The notes under the pieces: model-generated
Told to the model about the DNA's origin: nothing
Databases searched by the model: none
Seen by the model: the letters and a program-made list of their open reading frames with translations, nothing else
Translations under genes and position numbers: made by a program
From: Macrostomum lignano
Lineage: Eukaryota
Reading direction: 5' to 3'
NCBI GenBank assembly: GCA_002269645.1
Contig: NIVC01002793.1
Location: forward strand, 75,976 to 139,975
Length of the DNA: 64,000 nucleotides
In this document: positions 51,001 to 63,473 of the stretch, in pieces
Position numbering within the stretch: the stretch's first letter is position 1
Layout of the letters: each line of letters starts with the position of its first letter

Positions 51001-54000
51001 AGAGAATCGCAGCCTGGTTTGTTTACGTAGACCTCGAGAAAACCTACGATACGGTCACTTTTTTCGACGGGAAAAACGGGTCTTTAAAGATTGCCAAAGT
51101 TAGCAGGCCTGCTTACACAAACTACAGCTGCGTGTCCCCGAAGTACATCTCCAGCGGCAATGTTTTATCAATGTTCTTCTCCACTGATGTATCCGTGGCT
51201 AATACAGGATTTCGAATCCGATACGAGGTCATAGAAAGTCGTTAGTATTTTTTATTTCTTACGCTGTATAATGTAAAATGCCTATCATCACAAGCAAAAA
51301 ATTCAAGAATCCCTACCCTCAGGGATGGTTTAGCTTTCTTGCCTTAAGTGTTAATGTCAATAATTATAATGATGCCTACTAATGCCAAATTTTAGCGGCA
51401 AGCAAATCCTGCGGATGCGTAATCTTCAACGACTCAACGAATCGAACCGGATCGATAACTAGTCACGCCTCCTTTGGAAAAACTCCCTATTCATCAAATA
51501 TGTCGTGCGAGTGGATTTTGCCCGCCGTGAAGGGGCACTTCATCGAGGTGACTCTGAGGAACATGTCTCTTGGCGGTGGCGACTGCTTTTCGTTTAGCGA
51601 CTACCAACGAGTCTGCGACTGGTATTGGCTCTGTAATCCATATGCTTACTGGGCTAGCAACGCAAGCACTCTACTACACATAAAGTTCCAGTCCGATATG
51701 CAGTTCGAATCGAATGGATTTCTGATAGAGTTTCAGTACACATCGGGTAAGTGGTGCGTTGTTGAATGTATGAACATTTTGCACCAGCAGACGTTGAAAC
51801 GAGCGTATTTCCTCTTGGCCATAAATTTATTTCTCCTCTCGTGAATAAGATATAGAACGTTAAAAACTAAAGCACCTCACATTTTTATTAGACCCCTAAA
51901 ACTCCTTCACCTCTTTCCAAATCTTTCAACGTAAAGACTTACTTAATTTTTCCTGATAAATTTGCCCTACAGTGTGCACTGCACTACAGTCGCAAACTTA
52001 AAAGCCAAAATAATTCAAGTTGAAGCCGAACTTGAGTAATTCTAATGAGTTTGCTCAATAAGAATCGATGCTCGTACCTGAAGGTACATTTTAAGAACAA
52101 CATGTTAGCCAATTAAATTAACATTAACTTGTAATTTTAACTACAGAATAGTACAGGAAGCCATAGTCTCTTTTAAAGTCTTAGCCAATACGAAAGCGGT
52201 TTAAACAAAACCAATTAATAGAAAGCGAGAGACTGACTACCCCTAATGGCACAATCGCGAGCCACTCGGGACACCGGATGGCGGCTGGCTACTGGATGAA
52301 CATGCAGCGCAGCTGGCAGATTGTGGCACCGCTGGGCAGACAGATTTCTGCTTGGTTCACCAATTCATTCGTCAGCCTCGGCTCGATTAACGACACCGTC
52401 GTTCTGTACGACGGTTGGCGAAATCAACTGGCGCTGCTGAGAGGCGGATTCTCACCTGAAGCGATTAATTCGGCGAACAGAATTTTCAGGACGAGCTCGA
52501 ATCGGATGCGGATCAGCTTTACCTCCGGGAATTTGCAGCATCCTCTCCATGCGCTAGGATTTGAGCTGGAGTACACTTGGTCCGAGAGCTGTGAGTCATT
52601 GGAAGTGGCTACTCGCATACGTAAAGACTATTGTTATTGTTGGATAGCTATAATTTTTGTGTGTTCAACCCGAGTAAAGTCCCTCAGCAACAAATGAAAA
52701 TATTGGATATGCTGAAACATTGTACGTATCCTGAACTCATTCCAGTCTGCCATGGATTCAAGCTGGTAACAGAAAGCAATGGCGAGTTGGTCAGCCACAG
52801 CGGTGCGGGTCGGTCGCGCTGCCTGAGCAACATGCGCTGCAGGTGGCAGATTTTGGCCCCACAGGGAACTCGAATTCAGGCCAGATTCAGTTTCTTGAGC
52901 GTGGAGTCTGACTCCGATTCGTTAGTAATACATGACAATTACCCTTCTCAGCTGATATTCAGGTCGAGTCGCGGAAACAATGCCCCCGACTGGACTGTAG
53001 AGTCAAGTTCAAACTTCATGTTCGTGTCCTATCTCACTGGGAGTAGCTTTGGCGCCAGCCACACCTCTTCGCTGGGCTTCCGACTGAAGTACCAATATCA
53101 GGACGCTGGGGATCGTGAGTTCAAACGCTGAAGTGTACTAAAAATTCAACCATAGCCACATCAACTGCAGTTGGCAGCAAGCAGACGTTCAAAGATTGCA
53201 TTACGAGCATCTAGCTTACATGTACTTTTCCCTTTGCCCTGTACAAAGTAAACTGACTGAAATAACTGCCACTTGTGGATACACCCATAAGTATTTTTCA
53301 ATTTCGTCTAAAAGACACATGGTTGATTTTTAATGCCGTAGATATACGAGAGTATTGTTTGTTTTTTTCAGGGGTTATTGTAGAACAATATATCAAAACT
53401 GTAGGCGTTCAACAAGACGATGACAGGTGCAAATAATTGTTCTAAAAATTCAAATCCCAGACTGCAGCGGAGTACGCATAATTAGGAATGAGTCGAAAGG
53501 AGAGATCTGCAGCCACACAAATGCCGGCAGAGAAATCTACGCGATACAGGCAAACTGCGAGTGGCAGGTTGTGGCGCCTAAAGGTCACAGGGTCGTTGTG
53601 CGATTCACCTACATGGGCGTGAGCGAGAAAGACCTGCTAGCGTATGTTAGAGTAAGCGATGGGAGCTATGCATCCAAAGTGCTGGCTTTCATTGGCGGAG
53701 CAGCTCCTAATAGTACTAAAAATATCACCTCCACCGATTTGGTTTCATCTGGCAACTTGCTGCAATTGGAATTCAGGGCCAGAGCACATTCAAATACGCT
53801 GGGTTTCCGATTGAGGTTCGACACGACACGATGTTGTGAGTTGGAATGCCTTTTTACCTGATGTTTATTACACTGCTTTATTCTCTGAGTACACATCATG
53901 GACACGCAAAAAGTAGATATGTACTAACTATACGCCCGACGCATTTCAGTTTGCCAGCGCTACCAGGTACTGCATTGTAACAGTGGTGAGATCTTCAGCC

Positions 54001-55350
54001 ACAGTGAAGTTGGGGTCAGGCCCTATCTGGACAACATGCTCTGTGAATGGCTGCTAGTTGCCAAAACTCGAGGCTATAAATTATGCGCTCAGATCTCTTA
54101 CGCTAGCCTGCAGTCCGCTAACGACACTGTGACGCTGCTGCACGGAAATAATGGCACGCTGATAACTGCTGTGAAAGGTGGGACCGCGTCGGCAGGGCAT
54201 CACAGACCGACGATATTTTGCGCAACATCCGGCACTATGGCTGTGATTTTCTCTACCGACGGCTCCGGAAGGGCGTTAGGATTTCGACTCCGATACGAAG
54301 CCTTTGCCCAATGGGATTCGCGTAAGTCTAATTGTTATATGGTCACTGTGGCTGTAGCTCTGCGAGTGACCGTTTTTGAAATAATAAAACAGATAGCATA
54401 TTGATCGAACAAATGAAGTTACATTTTAATCCACAATAAAAAGCGAAAATAAACTATTATTCTCCTTTCTTTGAAAAACAACTTATCAATATTTCTAGAC
54501 CATACAAAACAAAAGAATGGCTTCGCACCGTACAATATCTTCATAAGCTTCGACATACACATTTCCAGCATCATTGGATCGTTTCACAACGCGGGAATAC
54601 AGTGCGGATCCGATTACTACATCTTCTCTGGCAGTGAGGAGTACGATTGCAAGTGAGACTGAAAGTACAAGAGTCAATGAATTTCCAAATGGAAGTGCGA
54701 GTACAAGTTGGAGTACAACAATTGCGAATACAACTCCAAAAAACATTTCTGTTTCTCCATTGGCTAAACAGAGTGGTAATTATTATTTATCATGTAGCTT
54801 TCATGATAAAAAGTGTGTCAAGTCGTACAGTGGTATAGCCTTAAAGTTTAATACCGTTTTGCAGTCGACGCGAACGAATCGTCTGCCCTAAAAATTTCGC
54901 TGAGCACTTTGTCGGCCATTTTTCTCGTCGTTTCGGCTGCTATTGTGGCGGTGGTGATATATAAGGTACGTAAAGGTTTGCCAAACCGTATTTTAAACAA
55001 AAACACGTTGCTTTACTGGCGAAACTTCTCAGAGCGGAACCCTCTAACTTGATTCACTTCAGCGCAAATTTGGATTGAATATCAGACGAAACCCCTTCAT
55101 CAGCCGTTTCACTTCTGGTTCCAGACGTTTGGACGAGGTGAGGCAGACCTTGAGAAGTTACTTGATATCCCATAAGAGTTCAACCACACAAAATTTAGTA
55201 TCTGCGGTAGCCACTGTCGAGTTTTGCCGCCGAACTCTACTTTCATAACAGATCTGTTTGTTGGTCAAATAAATTCAAATTAATATACTCAAATTTATTG
55301 TCCAGAGATCAGGAAACAGAGACTATCAGCATTCATTCCGACCGATATGA
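48062..55350 (+). CDS. Type I membrane protein: signal peptide, 10 tandem CUB domains, Ser/Thr-rich stalk, TM helix, short tail; one apparent 1-nt frameshift in CUB5
   Basis: Exons: 48062-48074 and 48165-48218 (MASWAPWKFFVVLVATQVCLGS); CUB exons 48740-49096, about 49388-49774, 49979-50341, 50428-50793, 50876-51240, 51396-51746, about 52222-52590, 52746-53114, 53461-53835, 53950-54321 (all phase 1-1); stalk about 54569-54775; TM 54865-54965 (LSTLSAIFLVVSAAIVAVVIYK); tail 55063-55137 and 55306-55350 (terminal exon tentative). Confidence 0.8.
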
Positions 55351-55494
55351 CCTGCAGCAACTGTCGGTCTATCTCAGTTTTCACGTTACAAGCATTGTTT
55401 CCTCTGAAAAAAATCATAAAACTAAAATGCTATTAGCGAAAAAGTGACCCGAATATGGTTTAAAGGTATATTTAAACGTAAATTTAGATATTTA

Positions 55495-57237
55495 CCGTGT
55501 GCGCAAAAGGTATCCGGACAAAATCTTGTTGGCTTTGCTTTCCGAGAGTTTGACATACTCCGGGAATTTAAAGCATCATTTGTATAATATGTCTATGGCC
55601 CAACTTCTGCCTGGAATTTTAACCCTGATATGCAAAATGGACTCATGCTGTTCATCCTTTTATTTCGAAAGCTTCGTTTTCAATCCGCGATTTGCCATCC
55701 CAAGTTGTCACAAAATGGCAAGCTATTCCTTGGATCTCAAGAAGCGTGTCGCTACCGACTTGACTTCTGGAATGAGCGTGCGAATGTGTGCTGAGAAGTA
55801 CTCAGTAGGGAAGAGCACCGTCGGTGATTGGAAGAAGCTGCTGGATTCTGGCGACAGCCTGGAACCGAAGGAGAAATCGGGACGGCCGCGGACAGTCCGG
55901 ACACCAGACTTCATGGCCAACCTCGAAGCCAAGCGGGCAGAAGACCCAACGAAGACGATGAGGCAAATTGCCCGAGAGGAAGGAGTGCATGAGAGCAATG
56001 TCCGCAATGCATTTCGGGAGATGGGCGTCAGGAGCTTCGTGCAGAGGGAGATCCCCATGCTGAACGCGGATCAGCTGGGGCTTCGGGTTCAACGGTCACG
56101 GAGGCTCCTGAATGACCTCAAGGCCTCTCCCGGAGTTGAAGTCATCTTCTTCACGGATGAAAAGAACTTCACGCAGACACCCTACCGGAATCGCAGCTCT
56201 TCGCGCGTGCTGGCCAGGAGCAGTGAGGAGCGGGACGCCTTCAACTCGCCACAGATTAAGCACCCGGCAACCATCATGGTCTTCGGCCTCGTCGCTTCTG
56301 ATGGCAAGAAAATGCAGCCAATATTTTTTGACAAGGGTACCGACTGAATGGAGACGGGTACCTTGATGTGCTCCAGAAAGTGCTGCACTGGATTCGCAGT
56401 AACTATCCTGACAGGGTGCGGCCGGATGGCAGTTTTGCAGATGGCTGGAACTTTCGCTTCCAGCAGGACTCTGCTCCAGCACACACTCGCAATGACGTGC
56501 AGGCCTGGCTCAGCGCTCACTTCGGGCGCAAGCGCGTCTGGCTGAAGGAGGACTGGCCAGCCTACTCACCGGATCTAAATCCCCTGGATTTTTCGATCTG
56601 GAACCAGGTTGACAAGCGGGCCTGCAGAAGCTTCCACACGTCCCTGGACTCGCTGAGATCTGCCATTCATGAGGCTTGGGAATCAGAGCTGACTCCGGAA
56701 TATCTGGTGAGATGCTGCAAAGCGTTTCGTGGTCGTCTTGAGAAGGTGATTGCCCAAGGAGGTTCTCCAATCGTGGATTAAATCGAGTCTGGCATGCAGA
56801 GCCGCTTGTTGGAACCATTTGAGCAGCACATTTCAGCAAGTGGGCCAGGTGATTGATTCGAGGAAGTCTGACGATCTTGAACTCTGTTAGAAAAAGCGAC
56901 CGCTTCTTTAAATTAAGTTTCACTTTTGTTGCTCAATGCCCGCGTTACGTTTCTCTTGTTCGCATTTTAGAAAAAAATCGTTTTTACGTTGTTAAATCGA
57001 ACACGAGCTTGAAATTTCGCGATTTACGTCATCTACCTTTAATTAAGCCATTATCACCTTTCCAGGTGAAAATAGACCGACCTGTTGCATTGGCCACTTT
57101 GCTGAAAAACGAGCTACGACAATTTGTTGCATTAAATTGCGATGTGAAAATTCATTGATTTTGGGTACAACACGTGCATATTTATCTGTCCTTCTCTGCA
57201 ACACATGCAAGTGTCCGGATACTTTTTGCGTACCCGG
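55495..57237 (+). mobile_element. maT/Bmmar1-like Tc1/mariner transposon, 1743 bp
   Basis: 26-bp TIRs CCG(T/G)GT(G/A)CGCAAAA(G/A)GTATCCGGACA with 3 mismatches; TA TSD at 55493-55494 and 57238-57239. Confidence 0.9.
55715..56781 (+). pseudogene. maT-like DDD transposase split by a single 1-nt frameshift at about 56340
   Basis: MASYSLDLKKRVA...SGRPRTVRT...FFTDEKNF...HPATIMVFGLV...KG/RLNGDGYLDVLQK...FQQDSAPAH...EDWPAYSPDLNPLDFSIW; adding one C at GGTACCGA joins the two ORF-track frames. Confidence 0.85.
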
Positions 57238-59994
57238 TATAGATACGTATCTATAAGATTTACCAATATAAAAATAGTATTATAATAGTAATAATATATA
57301 ATAATATAATATAGATACCTTTATAGATACCCAGCAATGATGTAATGGATTGATCATGTTTTAACCCTTGAATGAGAGCAGAATTGCCATGTATTTTGAA
57401 CACTAAGCAAGCGCTATTCGATATGAAAACTTCATAATCATTTCTGTTTTTAGGAAGGCATTGTCAAATATTCGGGTACAAATTCTGTGGAGCTTCCTAA
57501 CGAAGCCGAGCACGACTCATAATTTCATTGAGTCCTGCAGCCCAGCACCGGTTGAATTTGTTATTATAGACAAAGCTGGAGACTGCAGCCAGTCAGCAAT
57601 ATGCTTAAACAGACGTCTAGAATTACACTTGTAGTATACTAATCAGATTGTTATGATTTATATAAGATTTCGTTTTGCTTCGAGAAGCGAAATTTAAGTA
57701 ATTAACTCATTTTACTTCCACCTTTATGCCAATCATTAGAACTGTTTTTGTTTAGATAAATTTCGTGTTATGTACAGAGCTTAGCAATTGTTACAGGCAA
57801 TGAATTCAAGGGCTTCCCTGATTAATCATACTCTAAATTAACTTTCAAATTTAGTTTTGAGAGACATTGAAATTTAGAAACTAATTTTATATGCAATACA
57901 ATTTATTGGCTATACGCTAATCGATATGAACTTCAACCATTGTTATGGCCACAAAATACTTCATTTTAGGGTCATTAACACAACAACCAATGTACGGTCA
58001 TAAAATACCGACTGAGTTTGAAATGAAAAAATGGCTTTTTGATTGACGTGTCTACGTTCTAACTTTTCTTTTTTCAGTAGAGAGAAAAGTCTACTCTACT
58101 GAAGGGTGTTTTATTCTAATTGAAGTATAACTACATTTAAAATTCGGAGTTCCTGGAAAGTACAATTAAAATTCTTTGAAAACATACTGATTTCCCGTTT
58201 TAAATAGTTTTCATGCATGCCTGGGATTGGAGCCTTGTGTAATTTGGTCTTCCAGATCGTTGCAGCCAGTGTTTCAGAAGTTGATTGTTGTCTGAACGCA
58301 CTTGAGAGTCCGCGTAGCGTTGTCTAAAATGCGTCAGTCTCACTGAAAATCGAAGAAATTATCGATGCCGTTCTGTGTAGTCACCTACTGTGTAGTGGCT
58401 ACTTGTACCGTACGAGCTTAGCTAAATGGAAAAGCTCTGATTAAAAAAGCTGTTTCTGTAATGTTGTTTTCTCAAATTAATTGTATATATTAAGGAATTT
58501 CTACAAGTATAGTAATTTAAAACCTACATGTACTTCGATAGAGAATCATTTTCAAGGATTCAGACTAACTTTTGCTTTAACAAAACTATTTAACATTCGA
58601 GCAATGGATTTCGTTTTAACAAAACCATTTTACCATTAAAGGTCCATGGGTTTTGTTTTAACAAAGCCATTTTGACATTCGAGCCATGGGGACTACTAAG
58701 CATACGAATGGCCACTACATCATGTATATAGTGCTACAGGACAACGCAATGTTGAATAGATTTCTGCAGGTCACGGGCAGCAAACCATACATGCATTACC
58801 TATTATATGTAGGCAGAAGCTCATATATTGACGTGCGCAATTAATTGAAATAATCGACTGAATTCCAGGAGAACAGAAAAGGGGAAGATTTCCCACAGAA
58901 GACGACTATCGATGAGGCAGAAAATAATCTCTCCCGCCACCCGCGGTGAGGATTTCAAAGCCTTGGGCCGGGGATTCGCAAAATCTGAGAGAGAATCTGA
59001 GACTGTGGGATCGAAAGGACTTTCCGTTAATTAGCGGTCGATTCTGAGCCCCTCGTGGCAGAATTCTGTAGCCTGAGTGAAAGCTGACTAGCTCGATTTT
59101 GCACTGGGAGCCAGTCGGAGAGACAGAAACCAAGCGAGGAGTTGTTGGTGATTGCTTAGCCCTCCATCCTATTCCCCAAGAATATGAACATTGTGGCAAC
59201 TTGCACATGTATAAATGAGAGAGCAAACATTCAATACTCGGCTAGCAAGTTTGACCAAGCGACATGCGATTTTGTTGTCAGCTGGAAAGACCGAAGGAAG
59301 CCAACTGTCACAGTCGGTACCAAAAATCATAGCCTCGCTTTTTGTAAGTTTTGATAAGATGGTATTGTTTGTAAATAAAGTTACATATAGGTACTTAAAG
59401 TAGAATTTTTAATGACAGGTAAATTGGAGTTTAACTCAGTGGGATTTTAAAAGGCGAGATTATCTACGGTAAGACCTCGATCCACGGTCGATCTAGCTCG
59501 TATAGACGGAGTGGTTATTAGATACGGTGAGAGTTCTATGGGAAAGACTTCCCGTGCAGAGATTGCTGACATAAATACGGTGAAATTCTTGAGATGTGCT
59601 ACGGCGAGATCGCTGTGAGATTGTGTTTTCTTTTAATGAAGCACCGAAAGGTAGTCTGAACTCTCGATTGCGTACACCCTCCAGCTTGTTTAGATGGGGA
59701 GATTCAGTTCACAGGACGGAAAGATTCTGAAGGGGTTTGCCCTTTTTGAGAGCGTTTATTTCATATATTTCACATGTGAGAGACAGAATCTCTCACAACT
59801 TCAAATCATCAAATTAGTTTCTGTTGTGAAATAGCGGAAGTAACCAACAAGAGTTTTCAACAAAATTTCGAGCTTGTGAAAGTGACCTGATGTTCTTTTA
59901 GCACAGAATTTGTAGCTTGTATTTGGACTTCGACAAACCAACAATTGGATCCCACAGATATCAACTACTGCAGCAAACAACCTTTAGCTATAGT

Positions 59995-61269
59995 ATGACT
60001 TTGAGCTACACTAGTACCGAGTCATCGCTGGAACAACTGCCTCCAGTCAATAACCAGCTATCTACGTTCGAGAAAATGCACAGTCACCACGGGAACTCTG
60101 AAATCTATCAGGCCTGGCGCTATGCCCAGTGCAGCCTCCTCATTATAGTGGGCCTTCTGGGCATCGTTCTGAACTCGGTCGTGGTGGCAGCCATACTTCT
60201 ATCGCGACGCTTGCGCAGGACCAGCAACGCATTCCAGCTGCACCAGTGCCTGCTGGACCTGCTCAGGTCTGCCTACTGCATCGTGTTCGCCAACAGCATC
60301 CTGGCTAACCGGGAGCCACCGTTCTGCAACCTACTCGGCGGCTCATTTATCCTGTGCGCCACCAGCTCAGCTTTCAACCTGCTTGCCATGGTGATGAGCG
60401 AGTCCTACGCCTTCACCGACCTGACCACTGGGCTGGGGGACAGCGGCAATTGCTGCTGCGTACTGTTTGGCATCGGCACCGTCTGGTTTGCCAGCTTCAT
60501 TCTTAACCTTGGCGTGGCCTTGCTGCCGGGCAATCCCAGCTACATGGAGCAGATCGGGCACTGCACCTTTCGCTACGGAGAGATGCGCAACTATGTGCTG
60601 CACGCACTCTGGGTGTTTGTAGTCACAGCCGGTTTGATCCTGACCGCCATGTACCTCAGGCGGCTGCACTCGGACATTGTAAACAGTCGGTTGCGCAACG
60701 ACAGCGAGTTAAGGCAGACAGCACGTCGACTAGCAGGCGGCGACGTCAGCACAGAGTCGGATCTGCTGTACAGGGTCGAGAGGTACGCCATCAGCCGCAT
60801 GTACAGCCTGCTGGCGCTCACTGCAGTGTTCGTGCTGCTCTGGTACCCGCTGTTCGCGCTGACCCTCGTTGACGCCGACTACAAAAGCCAGCCAGCGGCG
60901 TACAAGGCGCTCACAATGCTGGCTTGTCTTGGCTGCGCGGCCGACCCGCTGCTGTTGGCCTGCCTGTGTCGGGCCCAGCCACCCGCCGCGTTTGTAGCAA
61001 GGACTGCCGTTGTCATGGCAACGAAGACTGATAGAAAAATGCCAGCGCATCGCGGCAAGCCGGGGCGGCAGAGGCCGCTGATCGGAGGTTTCTGCTGCCT
61101 GTCGATGCCGCAGCTGCCAGCGCCGATGCCCCCGACTGACATATTTCAGCGTCATTCGGAAGCATGCCTCGATCAGCCGTCAGCAGTGGATGCCGCATGC
61201 AGTGCTGGGACTCTGCCGCCACCTCAACCTCCCCAGTCGTCTTCTTGGTCTCCGCCGAGTCGCCTATAA
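59995..61269 (+). CDS. Intronless class A (rhodopsin-like) orphan GPCR, 424 aa from the first ATG
   Basis: Seven hydrophobic segments: TM1 GIVLN, TM2 LLDLL, Cys at the start of TM3, TM4 Trp, TM6 LWYP, TM7 DPLLL; the DRY position reads ESY. The ORF-track start 59917 is a TTG codon. Confidence 0.88.
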   Translation: MTLSYTSTESSLEQLPPVNNQLSTFEKMHSHHGNSEIYQAWRYAQCSLLIIVGLLGIVLNSVVVAAILLSRRLRRTSNAFQLHQCLLDLLRSAYCIVFANSILANREPPFCNLLGGSFILCATSSAFNLLAMVMSESYAFTDLTTGLGDSGNCCCVLFGIGTVWFASFILNLGVALLPGNPSYMEQIGHCTFRYGEMRNYVLHALWVFVVTAGLILTAMYLRRLHSDIVNSRLRNDSELRQTARRLAGGDVSTESDLLYRVERYAISRMYSLLALTAVFVLLWYPLFALTLVDADYKSQPAAYKALTMLACLGCAADPLLLACLCRAQPPAAFVARTAVVMATKTDRKMPAHRGKPGRQRPLIGGFCCLSMPQLPAPMPPTDIFQRHSEACLDQPSAVDAACSAGTLPPPQPPQSSSWSPPSRL

Positions 61270-61929
61270 GTGCAGTGCGGCCGCAAACGACACTGTAATG
61301 ATGACCCACCGCATTGAATATCACCATCGATAATCTTGTAAGGATTTCACACCCAAAGTGTCCCAGCCATAACTTTAGTGCATACTTTTCCTTTGAGACT
61401 TCGACGGTTTTCGTTATGGCGTCTTGAAGTGGCTACGAGTAAGACGCTTATTTCAATTGCGTCATCTGAAACTTATATTTAAGTTTATACAGTAGATTGC
61501 TTTATCGTCATGCTTTAGGAACAGTTGAGTTGAGGCATATTTTGAGGATTTATTAGGAGGCTAGTAGGTAACTACCACAGACAACAGGTGACTTTCAGTA
61601 CCGCGGTCGAAGTGGTTTTTTAAGTGAACTTCCGGACCTTTAGAACAATGCATGTCTGTTATACTGCATAATTAGGCAATATGCAATTGTACCCTGGAGT
61701 TAGCTAAGTGGAATTTAGAAATCATTTAATGTCCATATATGGCAGTATTCATCATACAGGTATACCCAGTAAAATTCTTAGACTACAGTGTACATCTATT
61801 AGGATACGAAAACTGTTTATGCAGCACCAGGGGCGTCGCCATGTATTTTATGGTGGGGGCCACAAAGCCAAGAATTCAACATGTACATGACTAAATTCCT
61901 ACATATTTTAAGAATCGGTGTTGTCAGTG

Positions 61930-62180
61930 CGCATTTTGGGGCCGCAGGCACTCATATTGGGGCCGGATCGGCACTCATTTTGGCGCCGCAGGCACTCATA
62001 TTAGCGCCGCAGGCACTCATATTAGCGCCGCAGGCACTCATATTGGGCCGGATCGGCACTCATTTTGGCGCCGCAGGCACTCATATTAGCGCCGCAGGCA
62101 CTCATATTGGCGCCGCAGGCACTCATATTAGCGCCGCAGGCACTCATATTGGCGCCGCAGGCACTCATATTAGCGCCGCA
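61930..62180. repeat. 21-bp minisatellite GCGCCGCAGGCACTCATATT(A/G), probably inside a hAT-type MITE starting CAGGGGCGTCGCCA at 61828
   Basis: 7-aa periodic ORFs (APQALIL, AAGTHIS); the MITE context is tentative. Confidence 0.85.
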
Positions 62181-62708
62181 AGTAGTATAGGAAAAGTAGG
62201 TTTGAGCGCAACCCATTTTGAAAAATCACAAAAAACAGATAAAAATCGACTAAAAACAGGTGAAAATTGTCTGAAAACAGTGATTTTAGTGATTTTTCAA
62301 AAGTTTCGAAAAATTGCTTTTTGCGCGATTTCGTGAGTAAAACCACAAGAAATTTTTGATTCGTGTGGTTAAAATAACCTATTTTCAGGTTTCATCATTT
62401 CAAAACTAGCATCAAATTTAATAATAGTCTTTTCTCCCATTGCATAACGCCCTTCAATAAGCCAATCTTACTAGCTTTGCTTTTAACGATCAGTCAGCTA
62501 CCATCTATGCATAAAAATTGTCCACTCGAGGCATACAATGCTTTTACAAAAGTCAATAATTTGCTCCTGCACATTCGCTTTGTCCCGAGGCTTTGAAATG
62601 GCTTTAATGCTGTTCTAGATTTGTACTTAAAGATAATAGAAGACATTCAAGAACATGGAGCGCTAATTTAAATTTTTCGTGGCATGCATACTCGACTACT
62701 AGAGCACT

Positions 62709-63272
62709 AACCGCAGCACTCAACATTTCTATTGGCTGCCAAAATTTCTGCCAAAACCAAAATTTTTGCCAAAATTCTGCCAAAAAGTGTTTGGTTTTGG
62801 CATCCAATAGGAGTGGCTCGTGCAAATCTTTTGTGTTCACCCTCTATCTAGCTGTAAAAAAAGACATGAAGTGGGCCACGCAAGTTACAAACGAACAATG
62901 CTCTTCGCGACCCTACCTACGGACGATTTCACTAACCCTTTCTAAATTATGTATCTTAAAAATGGAACAAATAGCAGGAGAAATTCTCCTCAAAGCAATT
63001 TTTATATTGTGACTCAGCTTTAACGTCGTGCGAAACCCACACTGAGTGAAGCGTATGGTCAAATAGGCTCTCGCAGGAACTCACCAAACTAACTATACAT
63101 AAACCGCAGCACTGAACATTGCTATTGGCTGCCAAATTTCTGCCAAATCTTGCGACCAAAATTTCTGCCAAAAAAGTTTTGGTTTTGGCAACCAATAGGA
63201 GCGTCTCATGCTAGTCTATTGTGTTCACCCCCTTTCTAAAAAGACACGAAGCGCACCACGTTACAGAATCAT
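62709..63272. repeat. Diverged direct duplication of about 180 bp (62709-62903 and 63101-63272)
   Basis: Both copies read AACCGCAGCACT.AACATT.CTATTGGCTGCCAAA...GGTTTTGGCA.CCAATAGGAG...TGTGTTCACCC. Confidence 0.8.
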
Positions 63273-63473
63273 GCAAGATAAGAGACTATACAATAGGCGA
63301 ACCACTAGAGTATAATGGAGAAGGTCTTTTTTGATACTATAAGCACCATATCCAACTTAGTAAAAGACAAATCTACCTTTCATAGAACAGGCAGGTGCAG
63401 CAGACAGGCTCTATTGCTAACAGCAGTTAACGCAGCCTAAGTCTGTAGATTACTTAAATTTATTTTTATAAAA

